64,000 bases of DNA from Frankiales bacterium (lineage in GTDB: Bacteria; Actinomycetota; Actinomycetes; Mycobacteriales; SCTD01): assembly GCA_025465135.1 (NCBI GenBank), contig JAODNA010000064.1:35-64034 (forward strand), in the 5' to 3' direction. This document shows, piece after piece, positions 37,901-46,896 of the stretch. The notes below the pieces were generated by a model, which ran no database searches, was not told where the DNA came from, and was given only the letters and a program-made list of their open reading frames with translations. Position 1 is the stretch's first letter; each line of letters begins with the position of its first letter. The translations under genes and the position numbers were made by a program.

Positions 37901-40114
37901 GGGACGTTCACCGTCACGACCTCACCCGGTACGCCGGCGACCACGACGCTCACGAAGACAGGCACCCTCCCGACCGGTGTGACGTTCGTCGACAACGGTG
38001 ACGGCACGGCGACGCTGGCCGGAACACCCGGGGCGGGAACCGGCGGCAGCTACCCGCTGACGATCAAGGCCAGCAACGGGGTTGCTTCGGACCCGACGCA
38101 GTCCTTCACCCTCACCGTGAACCAGCCGCCGGCCATCACCAGCGCCGACCACACGACGTTCGCCCGAGCCGCCGCGGGCACCTTCACCGTGACCACCGCG
38201 GCGGGGGACCCTGCAGCCACGGTGCTCACGGAGACCGGGTCACTCCCGACCGGTGTCACCTTCACCGACAACGGGGACGGCACGGCCACCCTTGGTGGTA
38301 CGCCGACGGCGAGCGGCGCCTACCCGATCACGATCAAGGCCAGCAACGGTGTCGCTCCCAACGCAACGCAGTCGTTCACCCTGACGGTGACCGAGCCGCC
38401 GGCCATCACCAGTGCCGACCACACGACCTTCGCGGTGGGCTCGGCGGGAACGTTCACCGTCACCACGACCGCCGGCTACCCGGCCACGACGACGGTCAGC
38501 AAGACCGGCGCGCTGCCCACCGGCGTGACCTTCACGGACAACGGCAACGGCACGGGCACCCTGGCCGGCACACCGGCCGCGGCGACAGGAGGCAGCTACC
38601 CGCTGACGCTCACCGCGGCCAACGGCACGACGCCGGCGCAGCAGAGCTTCACGCTGACCGTCACCCAGCTGCCGGCGCTGACCAGCGCGGACAACACGTC
38701 CTTCGCGGTGGGCTCGGCCGGAACGTTCACCATCACCACGACCGCCGGCTACCCGGCTGCGACCGTCCTCACCAAGACCGGCGCGCTGCCCACCGGCGTG
38801 ACGTTCACCGACAACGGCAACGGCACGGGCACCCTGGCCGGTACGCCCGCAGCTGGAACGGGCGGTAGCTACCCGCTGACCATGACCGCTACGAACAGCG
38901 CCGGCCACGTCGACCAGGCGTTCACGCTCACCGTCCTCGGGTCGCCGGCCATCACCAGCGCCGACCACACGACCTTCGCGGTCGGCTCGGCAGGGACGTT
39001 CACCGTCACCACCACGGCGGGCTACCCGGTCGCGGCGACGGTCACCAAGACCGGCGCGCTGCCCGCCGGGGTGACCTTCACCGACAACGGCAACGGAACC
39101 GCGACCCTGGCCGGCGCACCGGCCGCGGGCGCCGGCGGGACCTATCCGTTGTCGGTCACCGCGAGCAACGGCAGCACGACGAACGCGACGCAGTCCTTCA
39201 CCCTCACCGTCACCGCCGTACCGGCTCTTACGGCACCTGCCGCGGCCAACGCCATCACGGGCACGCCGCTTTCCGTCCCCCTGTCAGCGACCGGGTTCCC
39301 GGTGCCCACCTTGACGACCGCGAGTGCGCTCCCGGTCGGTGTCACGCTCGTCGACAACCACAACGGAACCGGCAGCCTCACCGGCACTCCCGGGGCGGGC
39401 AGCGCCGGCACCTACCCCGTCGTCGTGCACGCCGCCAACACCGCGGGCTCGGACGACAAGACGGTGCAGCTCCACGTCGCCAACCCGCCGGCGCCCCCGG
39501 ACTCGCCGTCACCGTCAGCCTCACCATCGGTAACGGGGTCACCGGCGGCGTCCCCGTCGGGATCGCCGGTCCGGCCGAGGCTGCACCTGACCACGACGAC
39601 CCCAGACATCACGCCCGGGATGCCGGCCCTGCTCTCGTTGAGCGGCGGCGCCGGTCTGCCGGTGGAGCTTCGCTGCTACAGCCGGCCGGCCCTGACGTAC
39701 AGCACGGTCCGCACGATCCCGATCTCGGTGGACGCGCTGACGTTCGATCTGCGGCCCGGCGGCAACACCCGCTGCTACGCCCGCTACTCCGGTGACGACA
39801 GCAGTGCGACCGACACGGTCGTCGTCCGGGTGCACATGGTCCTCAGCCTCGGCGGCGTCCGCAGCGGACCGCTGGCCTACGTCTTCTCCGGTCGCACGCT
39901 GCCGCGAGCGGCGGGACAGGTCGTCGACCTGTACCGCCTCGACGGGCTCGGTCACGACATCCGCACCGCGAGAGCCGTGACCGACGCGACCGGCACCTGG
40001 CGGGTCAGCCGGCAGTTCCTCGGCGGCGGGACGTTCGCCTTCGTGGCGAAGTCCCAGTCGACCAGCAACGCCGCGGGGTTCAGCACCCCGCCGTACAGGC
40101 TGGTTCTTCACTAG
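34982..40114 (+). CDS. giant secreted surface protein: CSLREA-like motif, beta-helix, 10 putative-Ig repeats, I-set-like Ig, shared C-terminal module
   Basis: Signal peptide; ASLREAICAAN; GGAI/FxxN repeats; 10 x F(T/V)DNGxGT.TL.G.P; Pro/Ser linker. Confidence 0.88.
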   Translation: MSRSSRLRAVSRRAVALAGVLAAAQLTLVPSTASAIFAVPTFTVSSTADVATNFGACGSSGQTTPTGASLREAICAANNLGTTPSTINVSPGTYTIANGELQMGKVSGSNITLNGGGAASTIINAGGLSRVFDLDPSIVGGVTSSISAVTITGGAVTTFGGAGIIAGSGNAATKDTLTLTNSVVTDNHVNSATTNKYGGGLQLEGGSLTITGSTFSSNSSGSSSGSAVQYSHQDVASGEQLVVSTTTFSGNTTNASVANINVGGALHVDGVSTTPPMSVTNSRFINNTVVGSGTGIAQGAGIFSEGGALTVTGSTFTGNSVGIAGAGAQQLGGAISVVGGTAAVHYNRITGNVANAGSGASLGVASGATLDATNNWWGCNAGPGTSGCDTVAGGPTVSPRLTLTATASPATVVGPNATSTVTGALTQNSLGGAVAGANLVGAFDGLSVGWSDPQPSGATVGAASSTLSSGTASTTYNSQSSSGPGHVLATLDNGTATAAVTVNRAPTITSANSVSFTVGTAGSFTVTTTGYPAPAVTQTGTVPPGMTFTDNGNGTATLAGTPTAGGSFPLSLTANNGVAPNATQTLTVSVTQPPAFTSANTTTFTRGTAGSFTVTTSGVPQVTSITETGALPSGVSFTDNGDGTATLAGTPATGSGGAYPLSLSATNGVSPDGTQTLTLTVNEAPAVTTNPADQDVNPGASVSFSAAASGYPAPTVQWQRSTDGGVSFADIGGATATTYTFTAATGDAGNQYRAVFTNVGGTATTTAATLTVSQAPTIGSANTTTFVVGTAGTFTVTTNGFPNATLTRTAGTLPSGVSFTDNGDGTGTLAGTPASGSGAVYTVTLHAANGVNPADDQVFTLTVNELRTITSADHATFTVGTAGSFAMTTAGGHPTATTLTETGSLPAGVTFTDNGDGTGTLAGTPSAGTDGSYPVTLRATNIPGNVDQAFTLTVNAPPTITSADHRTFVTGAAGTFTVTTSPGTPATTTLTKTGTLPTGVTFVDNGDGTATLAGTPGAGTGGSYPLTIKASNGVASDPTQSFTLTVNQPPAITSADHTTFARAAAGTFTVTTAAGDPAATVLTETGSLPTGVTFTDNGDGTATLGGTPTASGAYPITIKASNGVAPNATQSFTLTVTEPPAITSADHTTFAVGSAGTFTVTTTAGYPATTTVSKTGALPTGVTFTDNGNGTGTLAGTPAAATGGSYPLTLTAANGTTPAQQSFTLTVTQLPALTSADNTSFAVGSAGTFTITTTAGYPAATVLTKTGALPTGVTFTDNGNGTGTLAGTPAAGTGGSYPLTMTATNSAGHVDQAFTLTVLGSPAITSADHTTFAVGSAGTFTVTTTAGYPVAATVTKTGALPAGVTFTDNGNGTATLAGAPAAGAGGTYPLSVTASNGSTTNATQSFTLTVTAVPALTAPAAANAITGTPLSVPLSATGFPVPTLTTASALPVGVTLVDNHNGTGSLTGTPGAGSAGTYPVVVHAANTAGSDDKTVQLHVANPPAPPDSPSPSASPSVTGSPAASPSGSPVRPRLHLTTTTPDITPGMPALLSLSGGAGLPVELRCYSRPALTYSTVRTIPISVDALTFDLRPGGNTRCYARYSGDDSSATDTVVVRVHMVLSLGGVRSGPLAYVFSGRTLPRAAGQVVDLYRLDGLGHDIRTARAVTDATGTWRVSRQFLGGGTFAFVAKSQSTSNAAGFSTPPYRLVLH
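36491..39480 (+). repeat. array of ten ~90-aa putative Ig (He_PIG-like) repeats with one interposed I-set-like domain
   Basis: Counted from the recurring ITSADHTTF..G.AG.FTVTT and DNGxGT motifs; boundaries approximate. Confidence 0.85.
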
Positions 40115-40178
40115 CCGCTGCGCCGGCCGCGTTCGGGCGCGTCACCCCGATCCGCGGTGCCGCCGGAAAAGTTCTTTG

Positions 40179-40194
40179 TCGAACATGTGTTCCA
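40179..40194. promoter_or_regulatory. LexA (SOS) box-like site, 1 mismatch
   Basis: TCGAACATGTGTTCCA vs actinobacterial consensus TCGAAC-N4-GTTCGA. Confidence 0.55.
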
Positions 40195-40284
40195 GACATC
40201 CTGGCTGTCGCGGAGCGACGGAAGCGACTCACGGACGCGGCGGCCGCGCAGTTCGTCGAGCTCCTGGGACAGCTACTGCAGGGC

Positions 40285-40761
40285 TCAGGCCGGCTGGAGC
40301 CGGGCGCTCAGGTGCGACTGGAGCGGCTGGCCGACGGCTGCCATGTCGATGGCGTACGCGAGGTCGCCCTCGACCCTGCCGTACAGCCGCTTCAGGGCGG
40401 TGACCTCCTTGGCCGTCTGCGTCCTGGCGATGACGTCCGTCGCAAGCTCGATCTTCGAGAAAGCGACCTCGCCGACGTACACCTCGACGATGCCTGTCGG
40501 GTGGCTGAGGACGACCTCCAGGCCTTGGTCGGTGGCGCGCCAGAACCCGGACTCGCGGCCGGATGGTCTGATCCGGTTGGTGTCGTCGTCGACCAGCCAG
40601 GTCTTGCTCTCGTAGGCGAGGAACGGCCGGCCGTCATGGCTGAACGTGACCTCCTGCTCGAACCGGAAGCCGTCGATCGTCGGGTAGCCGCCGACGCCGA
40701 ACCCCCACCAGCTGCCGACGAGCCAGCCGATGCTCTCGAGGTTGGGGTGCAGGTCTGTCAT
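40285..40761 (-). CDS. FABP-like / nitrobindin (THAP4-like) heme beta-barrel protein
   Basis: WLVGSW.G.G.GGYPTI, HDGRPFL.Y, ESGFWR, SHLSARL with conserved His; start trimmed. Confidence 0.9.
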   Translation of the reverse strand: MTDLHPNLESIGWLVGSWWGFGVGGYPTIDGFRFEQEVTFSHDGRPFLAYESKTWLVDDDTNRIRPSGRESGFWRATDQGLEVVLSHPTGIVEVYVGEVAFSKIELATDVIARTQTAKEVTALKRLYGRVEGDLAYAIDMAAVGQPLQSHLSARLQPA

Positions 40762-40891
40762 GCGCTCCATCGTGCCTCGACGCTGCCCGCCCATGTCGGC
40801 GGGTGCGGCGGGCAGGAGACCGCACGCCGACGGCGAACTCTGTGACAAGAGCCGCGGGGGGTCGCGGCCGGGTGCCCGGGGCGGAGTTGCT

Positions 40892-41266
40892 GTGACGACG
40901 GTGCTCGTCGTGGACGACACGCCCTCGTTGCGGCACCTCGCGCGGATGGCCGTCGAGCTGGCCGGCTGGGTGCCCGTCGGCGAGGCCGAGAACGGCCGCG
41001 AAGGCGTCCGCGCGGCGTACGAGCTCGGTCCTGACGTGATCGTGCTGGACTACCAGATGCCGGTGCTGGACGGACTCAGCGCCCTGCCGCTGCTGCGCCG
41101 GGCCAGCCCCTTCTCCCGGATCGTGATCTGGTCGAGCGACGAGGACATCACCCAGGCCGCGCTGGCAGCGGGAGCGTCGGCGGTGGTCGACAAGAAGGGG
41201 CCGTTGGACCACCTCCTGATCGCCCTGACTCTGGTGGCGCCGACGCGGGCGTCGATCGCGTTCTGA
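40892..41266 (+). CDS. stand-alone response regulator receiver protein
   Basis: VLVVDD, VLDYQMPVLDG, WSS, VDK; no output domain. Confidence 0.85.
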   Translation: MTTVLVVDDTPSLRHLARMAVELAGWVPVGEAENGREGVRAAYELGPDVIVLDYQMPVLDGLSALPLLRRASPFSRIVIWSSDEDITQAALAAGASAVVDKKGPLDHLLIALTLVAPTRASIAF

Positions 41267-41318
41267 GGACACCTCGCCCGGGCGGCGCTGCGCGGATCCA
41301 CAGGGCACAAACCGGTAG

Positions 41319-41364
41319 TTGACGGGCATGTCTGGATAGGGCATTGTATCGAACATGTGTTCGA
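41319..41364 (+). promoter_or_regulatory. sigmaA-like promoter with a perfect LexA box over the start codon
   Basis: TTGACG (41319)-N17-CATTGT (41342), ATG 7 nt later; TCGAACATGTGTTCGA at 41349-41364. Confidence 0.8.
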
Positions 41365-42539
41365 TGTCGGATGTTCTCGGCGCGCTCGATGCGCTGGGAT
41401 CGACGGACCCCGGGCTGCTGCAGCTGCCTGGGCTGGTGGCCTCGCTCGCCCGGGTTCAGGCCGCGGCGACGGGGCACTACCTGCGCCGGCTGGGCGAGCT
41501 CGACGCGTCGGGTGAGTTCGAGGTGGAGGGCGCTGCGACCACCGCCGCGTGGGTGCGCCGCGAGACGGGCAAGTCCGAGCGCGAGGCACGCGATGACGTG
41601 CGGCTGGCGCGCCGGCTGCGGCAGCTGCCGGTCGTGCAGGCCGCGTCGATTGCCGGTGACCTGCCGCCGCAGACCGTCGAGCTCGTCGCCCGCGTCGCGA
41701 TGCTGCTGCCGGAGGAGCTGCGGGCCGCGACCGAGCCCGCGCTGGTCGACGCCGCGCGGTTGATGACCTACGAGCAGCTGCGGCGCTTCCTGTCGGAGAA
41801 GGTCGCGTCGCTGGCCCCTGACCAGCTGAAGGACGCGATCGAGACGGCGTACGAGCGGCGTCGGCTCTACCTCGACCCCCTCGGCGACATGGGTGAGGTC
41901 CGCGGCTCGCTCGAGCCGCTCGTCGCGGAGCAGCTCGATGTCGTGCTCAACGCGCTGATGGAGAGCGACCGGCGCGCTGATGAGACCCGCACGATCGCGC
42001 AGCGGCGAGCCGACGCGTTGCGGCTGATGGTCGAGATGGTCTGCGAGCTGCCCGAGATGCCTCAGGTCCGCGAGGCGCTGCCCCAGCTGATCGTCGTGAG
42101 CGAGGAAGGCAAGCCTGCCCACACGACGGGCGGCAACGTGCTGTCCGAGGGGCAGCTCGACCTCGTCCGGTGCGCGTCCGACGTCACCACCGTGGTCGTG
42201 AGCCCGGGGCGGCGTCCGCTCGACGTGGGGCGTTCAGCCCGATCGGTCGGGCGGCGCGTCTGGCTGGCGATCGTCGTCCGCGACGAAGGCCACTGCCAGG
42301 TCGCCGGCTGCAGCGCACCGGCCAGTCGGTGCGTGCCGCACCACATCGTCCCGTGGCGGCTGGGCGGCGGCACCGATCTCGACAACCTGGTGCTGCTCTG
42401 CGTCGCCCACCATCACGCGCTGCACGACCGGGAGATCAACCTGATCCTGTACGACGGGCGAACACTCACCCCGACCGGCGGCCTGCCGGTCGGGGCAGGG
42501 CCACCACCGCGAAGATCACGCCACCTTCAGGTCGCGTGA
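41355..42539 (+). CDS. DUF222 / HNH endonuclease (13E12-type repeat family)
   Basis: RT.AQRRADAL, PLDVGR, RDEGHCQVAGC, HHIVPW..GG.TDLDNLVLLC..HH. Confidence 0.9.
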   Translation: MCSMSDVLGALDALGSTDPGLLQLPGLVASLARVQAAATGHYLRRLGELDASGEFEVEGAATTAAWVRRETGKSEREARDDVRLARRLRQLPVVQAASIAGDLPPQTVELVARVAMLLPEELRAATEPALVDAARLMTYEQLRRFLSEKVASLAPDQLKDAIETAYERRRLYLDPLGDMGEVRGSLEPLVAEQLDVVLNALMESDRRADETRTIAQRRADALRLMVEMVCELPEMPQVREALPQLIVVSEEGKPAHTTGGNVLSEGQLDLVRCASDVTTVVVSPGRRPLDVGRSARSVGRRVWLAIVVRDEGHCQVAGCSAPASRCVPHHIVPWRLGGGTDLDNLVLLCVAHHHALHDREINLILYDGRTLTPTGGLPVGAGPPPRRSRHLQVA

Positions 42540-42563
42540 CGGTGACGCTCGACCGCCGACGCC

Positions 42564-42597
42564 CTCAGGGCGGCCCCCGCGAGGGAGCCGCCCTGAG
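42564..42597. terminator. hairpin between convergent genes
   Basis: CTCAGGGCGGC...GCCGCCCTGAG 11-bp perfect stem. Confidence 0.7.
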
Positions 42598-42626
42598 TGA
42601 AGGACGTGCGGGTCAGCGACTGCCGG

Positions 42627-45600
42627 CTACCGGATCGTCACCGTGATCACGTTGCTCGCCCCGGCGGCGTTGTTCAGCCCCGTGGACGTCCGCACCAGGA
42701 ACCGGAAGGTGCCGGTGCCGGTGAAGCGACGCGTCACGCGGAAGACGCCGGTGTCGTCGGTGCTGAGGTTGGCCGTGCGGATCTCGTGACCGGCCGCGTC
42801 GACCCGGTACAGCGTGATCAGCTGTCCGGCCACCCGCGGCAGGTTCGTGCCCTGGAACGTGTAGGTCCCGACCGCGGTGCGCACGGCGCTCAGGCTCAGC
42901 ACGGTGCGGACCCTGATCACCGCGGCAGCCGACGCCCCACGGCTGCTGTCGTTGACGTACTGCACGAAGCAACGGGTGTTGCGACCCAGGTGGAGCGTGA
43001 ACGTGACCGGGTCACCCGCTGCATCGAAGACCCCGTGCTTGGCCTCGGTGTAGCTGGTCGAGGGCCGGGTGTAGCACTGCAGGGAGTAGGCCTCGTTCGC
43101 CGCTCCGGTGGCCACCAGCGTGCCGGCGGATCCGGCCGGGATCTCGGGCGTGAGGACGGAGAGCGTGAGCGGCTTCCGGCTGGCCGGGGTGCTGCCCGAC
43201 GGGCTCGCGGGCGTGCTGCTCGACGGGCTGGCCGACGGGCTGGCCGACGGGCTCTCGCTCGGGGACACGACGGGCGGCGGAGCCTGGCCGTCCGTGCCCG
43301 GGTTCCCCGCACCGCCGCCCCCAGGGGCGGGAGGCGAGGTCACCGTGAGGAGGGCTGCCGAGGTGGTGACGCTGTTCCCCGGGTTCGTGAAGACCGCGCG
43401 GTAGCGGTAGCCGTTCACGGCCGACGATGCCGACATGACGTAGTCGTTGCTCGTGGCCCCGGCGATGTCCCGGTAGCGCCCACCGGGGCGGCTGACCTGC
43501 CACTGCACGGTCGGCATCGGGTCACCGACCGCGTCGGCGTGGAAGCTGACCACGGAACCGGGGGCGACGGTCTGGCCGGTCGGCTGGAGCGTGATGACCG
43601 GAGGCGTCGCCGTGACCGTGAGAGTCGCCACGCGGGTGGTCGCCGTGCCGTTCTCGTTGGTGAAGACGGCGCGGTACTCATAACCCGTGTCCGCGTAGTC
43701 AGCGTTGACCGTCAGGCTCGGGTCGGTGGCACCGAGGAGGTTCGCGAAGGAGTCCCCACCGTCGGTGCTGCGCTGCCACTGGACGGTCGGCGTCGGCGTA
43801 CCGGCACCGGCGGCCGTGAAGGTGACGGACGACCCGGACGGCGTGCTCTGGTCCTCCGGCTGGGTCGTGATGGTGACCGCCGGTCCCTCGGTCGTGGTCG
43901 TGGTCGTCGCAAGCGCTCCGGTCGCGCCGTCTGCGTCGGTAGCCGCAGCCGTGACGGTGACGTCGCCGGCGACGAGCTCGCTGAGGTCGAGCACGGCGCT
44001 GAACGCACCGGAGTCGTCCGCAGTGGCGGTGCCGGTGACGACGTTGTCCGCGCTGTCGGTCGCCGCGATGTCGACGGTTGCACCCGGCGCGGTGTTGCCG
44101 GTCACCGTGCTGCCGTGCGTCGCGAACGTCACGGCCGTGGCCGCGAGGTCCGTGATCGCCGGGCCAGCCGTGTGACGCGCCGACGTGGTCTCGGCACTCG
44201 GACCGACGTCGCCGGTCCCCGGGTCGGTCGCGACCGCGGTGACGGGCACCGGGCCGTCCGGGAACCCGGTGAGGTCGAGCTCGGCCGTGAAGTTGCCCGA
44301 GTCGTCCGCGTAGACCGGGTCCGCAGAAGCGCTGTAGTCACCCTCGGCGGCAGACACGGTGACAGACGCACCAGGCATCGTGTTGCCGGTCACCGTCGTG
44401 GTCGGGTCGGCGCTGTTGGTCGGCGTTGCAGAAAGGCCGGTGACAGCCGGACCGCTGGTGTCCTTGGTGACCGTGGTCTGCACCGGCGTACCGGTGTTGC
44501 CCACGCCGTCGCTCGGGGTGACCGTGATGGTGATCGGTCCGTCGGCGAGGCTGGACAGATCCAGATCGGCGTAGAAGTCGGCCGGAGCGCTCTCCCACCA
44601 GTAGTCGTAGGCGTACGTAGTGGTCTCGGTCGTCCCACCGAGGTGGTCGACGGCGCTGATCGCCAGGTTGGTGTAGCCGTAGTAGTAGTCGGAGCCGCCG
44701 CTGACGGTGCCGGTGACCACCGAGTACGGCGAGCTTGACGTCGTGGACGTCGCGTCGAGAGAGGCGACCTGCGGGGTGACCGTGTCCTTGATGAAGCTGG
44801 AGTACTCGTAGGGGCCTGCGCCGCCGTTCGTATCGGTGGCCACCGCGTAGAGGTACCCGTTGCCGTCGGCGAAGTCCGTCAGGTCGACGTCGGTGCTGAA
44901 GGAGCCATCCGGGCCGGCCACCGCGGAAGCGCTGAGGTGCTTGTTCGTGGGGTCGTACAGGTCGAAGGCGATCGTCGAGCCGGCGTCGGCCTCGCCGACC
45001 GTGCCCGAGATGGTGCTCGTCGGGGTGTCAGAAGTGACCGGCGTCGCCACGAGGTCGGTGATGGTCGGGCCGTTGACCCGGTAGTTGTAGGTGGACGCGT
45101 TGGGCCCGGTCGGGCCGTCCGGCAGGGCGGCGGTCATGTTGAAGTACACGTTGCCGGTTTGCAGGCCGGTTTCGTCGACGGGCATGGAGAACGCACCGGC
45201 ATCGTCAGCCGTCGCAGACCCAACGGGGGTTCCCGAGTAGTCCCGGGTCAGCGTGACGACGGCTCCCGGAGTCGTGACACCGGTCACCGTGCTGACCGGC
45301 TGCTCGCGCGTCGTCTCGGTCGCCTTCTGGTCGGAGATCGGCGGTCCGACACTGCTGCCGTTGGTGAAGGTGGTCACCTGGTAGGTCCAGTCGCCCTCAG
45401 GAGCGAACGAGGCGTAGAGGTAGACGGTGACAGCCCCGTCCTTGACGTGGGCGCTGTCGGTACGGAAGGAGAAGGTCCCGTCCGCGTCGGTGCCGAGACC
45501 ATAAGCGGACTGGGACCCACCGTTGCCGTCGGAGAGGCCCACGCTGAGCGAGCTGCCGGGACGAGAGACGCGCCCGGTGATGGTGGTGGTGCGGTTGTCG

Positions 45601-46679
45601 GCGCTCGTGTCGGTCGCCGCGAGGTCGGTGATCTCGTACGGCGCAGAGTTCTTGGTGAAGCTCAGTGCGTTGCTGGGGTTGGACACCGGGCCGTCCGGGC
45701 CGGCGGTGGCCGTGGCCACGACCGTGACGAGTCCGTCGCTCAGCGTGGAGGTGTCGAGGGTGGCGCCGATATTGCCGTTCGAGTCGGCGTGGAAGGTATG
45801 AGTCGCCACACCGGCGGGCGTGGCCGAGTCGGTGGCCGTCAGCACGAAGTCCGTGTCAGCGGGTGCAGTGCCGTAGAGGTACACGGACCTGCCTTGGGAC
45901 GGGTAGAGGTAGTCCAGCCGCGGCGTCGCGGGCAGGTTCGCATCAACTGCGAACGTGAAGGTCGTGTCGATGGCCGGGTCAGCCCCGGCGCCCGACTCGA
46001 CCGCATGGGCCGTCGCGGTGTAGCTGCGGCCTGCCTCGAGCGGGTCGTACGGGGTGAACATCAGGACCGAGCTGTCCGGGCCCGCGGTGGATGCGTACCC
46101 GGGAACAGCCGTACCGAGGTCGTCCGCGAGTGTGACGCTGGAGGGATCCGCGCCGTACACGGACTTGATCGGCTCGTTGAGCTCGACCAGGAGTGGGCCG
46201 TGCGCCGACCCGGTGCCGTCGGCCGACGGGCTCGTGCGCAGGAGCGCGAAGTCCACGGTGTCCTTGCTGGCACCCATGTAGTTGGACTGGGTGCCGTCGG
46301 CGGTTGCGGTCGCGACGACGGTGAAGGTGCCCTGCGACAGCGGCGTCGCGTCGAAGTGCGCGGTCCAGGTGCCGTCGAGCCCCGTCGTGATCGGGGCCTT
46401 CGGGCTCAGGACGATGCTCGGGTAGGCGGACGACGCGGTCATCGCGATGTCGGCTCCCGGAGCGGCCGTGCCCGTGACGGTCACGTCCTGGTTCGCGAGG
46501 TCGGTGTCGTCGGACACGGTCTCCACGGTGACTGCGGCAGGCGCAGGATCGATGGCGATGGCGGGCCGACCGGCGGCGCTCGCGCTGGTCGCGACCACCC
46601 CCACGGCCAGGACGGATGCAGTGGCTACGGCCAGGGACCGGACCAGGGTCGACGCGATACGCACGGGACTCCATTTCAC
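42627..46679 (-). CDS. large acidic secreted multi-Ig protein with the shared C-terminal module
   Basis: Signal peptide; repeated T(V/I)TG.T.PGA.V..AD..G.F...D domains; two TVQWQ..YRAVFTN I-set-like domains; Pro/Ser linker. Confidence 0.87.
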   Translation of the reverse strand: MKWSPVRIASTLVRSLAVATASVLAVGVVATSASAAGRPAIAIDPAPAAVTVETVSDDTDLANQDVTVTGTAAPGADIAMTASSAYPSIVLSPKAPITTGLDGTWTAHFDATPLSQGTFTVVATATADGTQSNYMGASKDTVDFALLRTSPSADGTGSAHGPLLVELNEPIKSVYGADPSSVTLADDLGTAVPGYASTAGPDSSVLMFTPYDPLEAGRSYTATAHAVESGAGADPAIDTTFTFAVDANLPATPRLDYLYPSQGRSVYLYGTAPADTDFVLTATDSATPAGVATHTFHADSNGNIGATLDTSTLSDGLVTVVATATAGPDGPVSNPSNALSFTKNSAPYEITDLAATDTSADNRTTTITGRVSRPGSSLSVGLSDGNGGSQSAYGLGTDADGTFSFRTDSAHVKDGAVTVYLYASFAPEGDWTYQVTTFTNGSSVGPPISDQKATETTREQPVSTVTGVTTPGAVVTLTRDYSGTPVGSATADDAGAFSMPVDETGLQTGNVYFNMTAALPDGPTGPNASTYNYRVNGPTITDLVATPVTSDTPTSTISGTVGEADAGSTIAFDLYDPTNKHLSASAVAGPDGSFSTDVDLTDFADGNGYLYAVATDTNGGAGPYEYSSFIKDTVTPQVASLDATSTTSSSPYSVVTGTVSGGSDYYYGYTNLAISAVDHLGGTTETTTYAYDYWWESAPADFYADLDLSSLADGPITITVTPSDGVGNTGTPVQTTVTKDTSGPAVTGLSATPTNSADPTTTVTGNTMPGASVTVSAAEGDYSASADPVYADDSGNFTAELDLTGFPDGPVPVTAVATDPGTGDVGPSAETTSARHTAGPAITDLAATAVTFATHGSTVTGNTAPGATVDIAATDSADNVVTGTATADDSGAFSAVLDLSELVAGDVTVTAAATDADGATGALATTTTTTEGPAVTITTQPEDQSTPSGSSVTFTAAGAGTPTPTVQWQRSTDGGDSFANLLGATDPSLTVNADYADTGYEYRAVFTNENGTATTRVATLTVTATPPVITLQPTGQTVAPGSVVSFHADAVGDPMPTVQWQVSRPGGRYRDIAGATSNDYVMSASSAVNGYRYRAVFTNPGNSVTTSAALLTVTSPPAPGGGGAGNPGTDGQAPPPVVSPSESPSASPSASPSSSTPASPSGSTPASRKPLTLSVLTPEIPAGSAGTLVATGAANEAYSLQCYTRPSTSYTEAKHGVFDAAGDPVTFTLHLGRNTRCFVQYVNDSSRGASAAAVIRVRTVLSLSAVRTAVGTYTFQGTNLPRVAGQLITLYRVDAAGHEIRTANLSTDDTGVFRVTRRFTGTGTFRFLVRTSTGLNNAAGASNVITVTIR

Positions 46680-46896
46680 GGATGAGGGGGCGCACGAAAG
46701 AGCGGCCTCGAGAGGGCCCCCGAGGTCGATCGGTCGCAGATTGGCTCGCGCTGGTGCGCTTTGACCACCTTGTGCGCTGGCAGGCGAAATACCTAGGGAA
46801 GTCGCCCCAGATGGCCCGCGAATGACGTGGACGGACTAACCCGGCTAGTGCATGCCGGCGCCACAGCCGCATCAGACGCTGTGGGCATTAGGGCGA

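Noticed and set aside
36491-39480. Repeated DNA as a CRISPR array or mobile repeat
   Set aside because: In-frame ~270-bp protein-domain repeats with synonymous variation; no spacers or cas genes
46836-46844. CTAACCCGG resembling part of the c-di-AMP (ydaO) riboswitch
   Set aside because: Wrong strand for the downstream gene, and the other conserved blocks are absent
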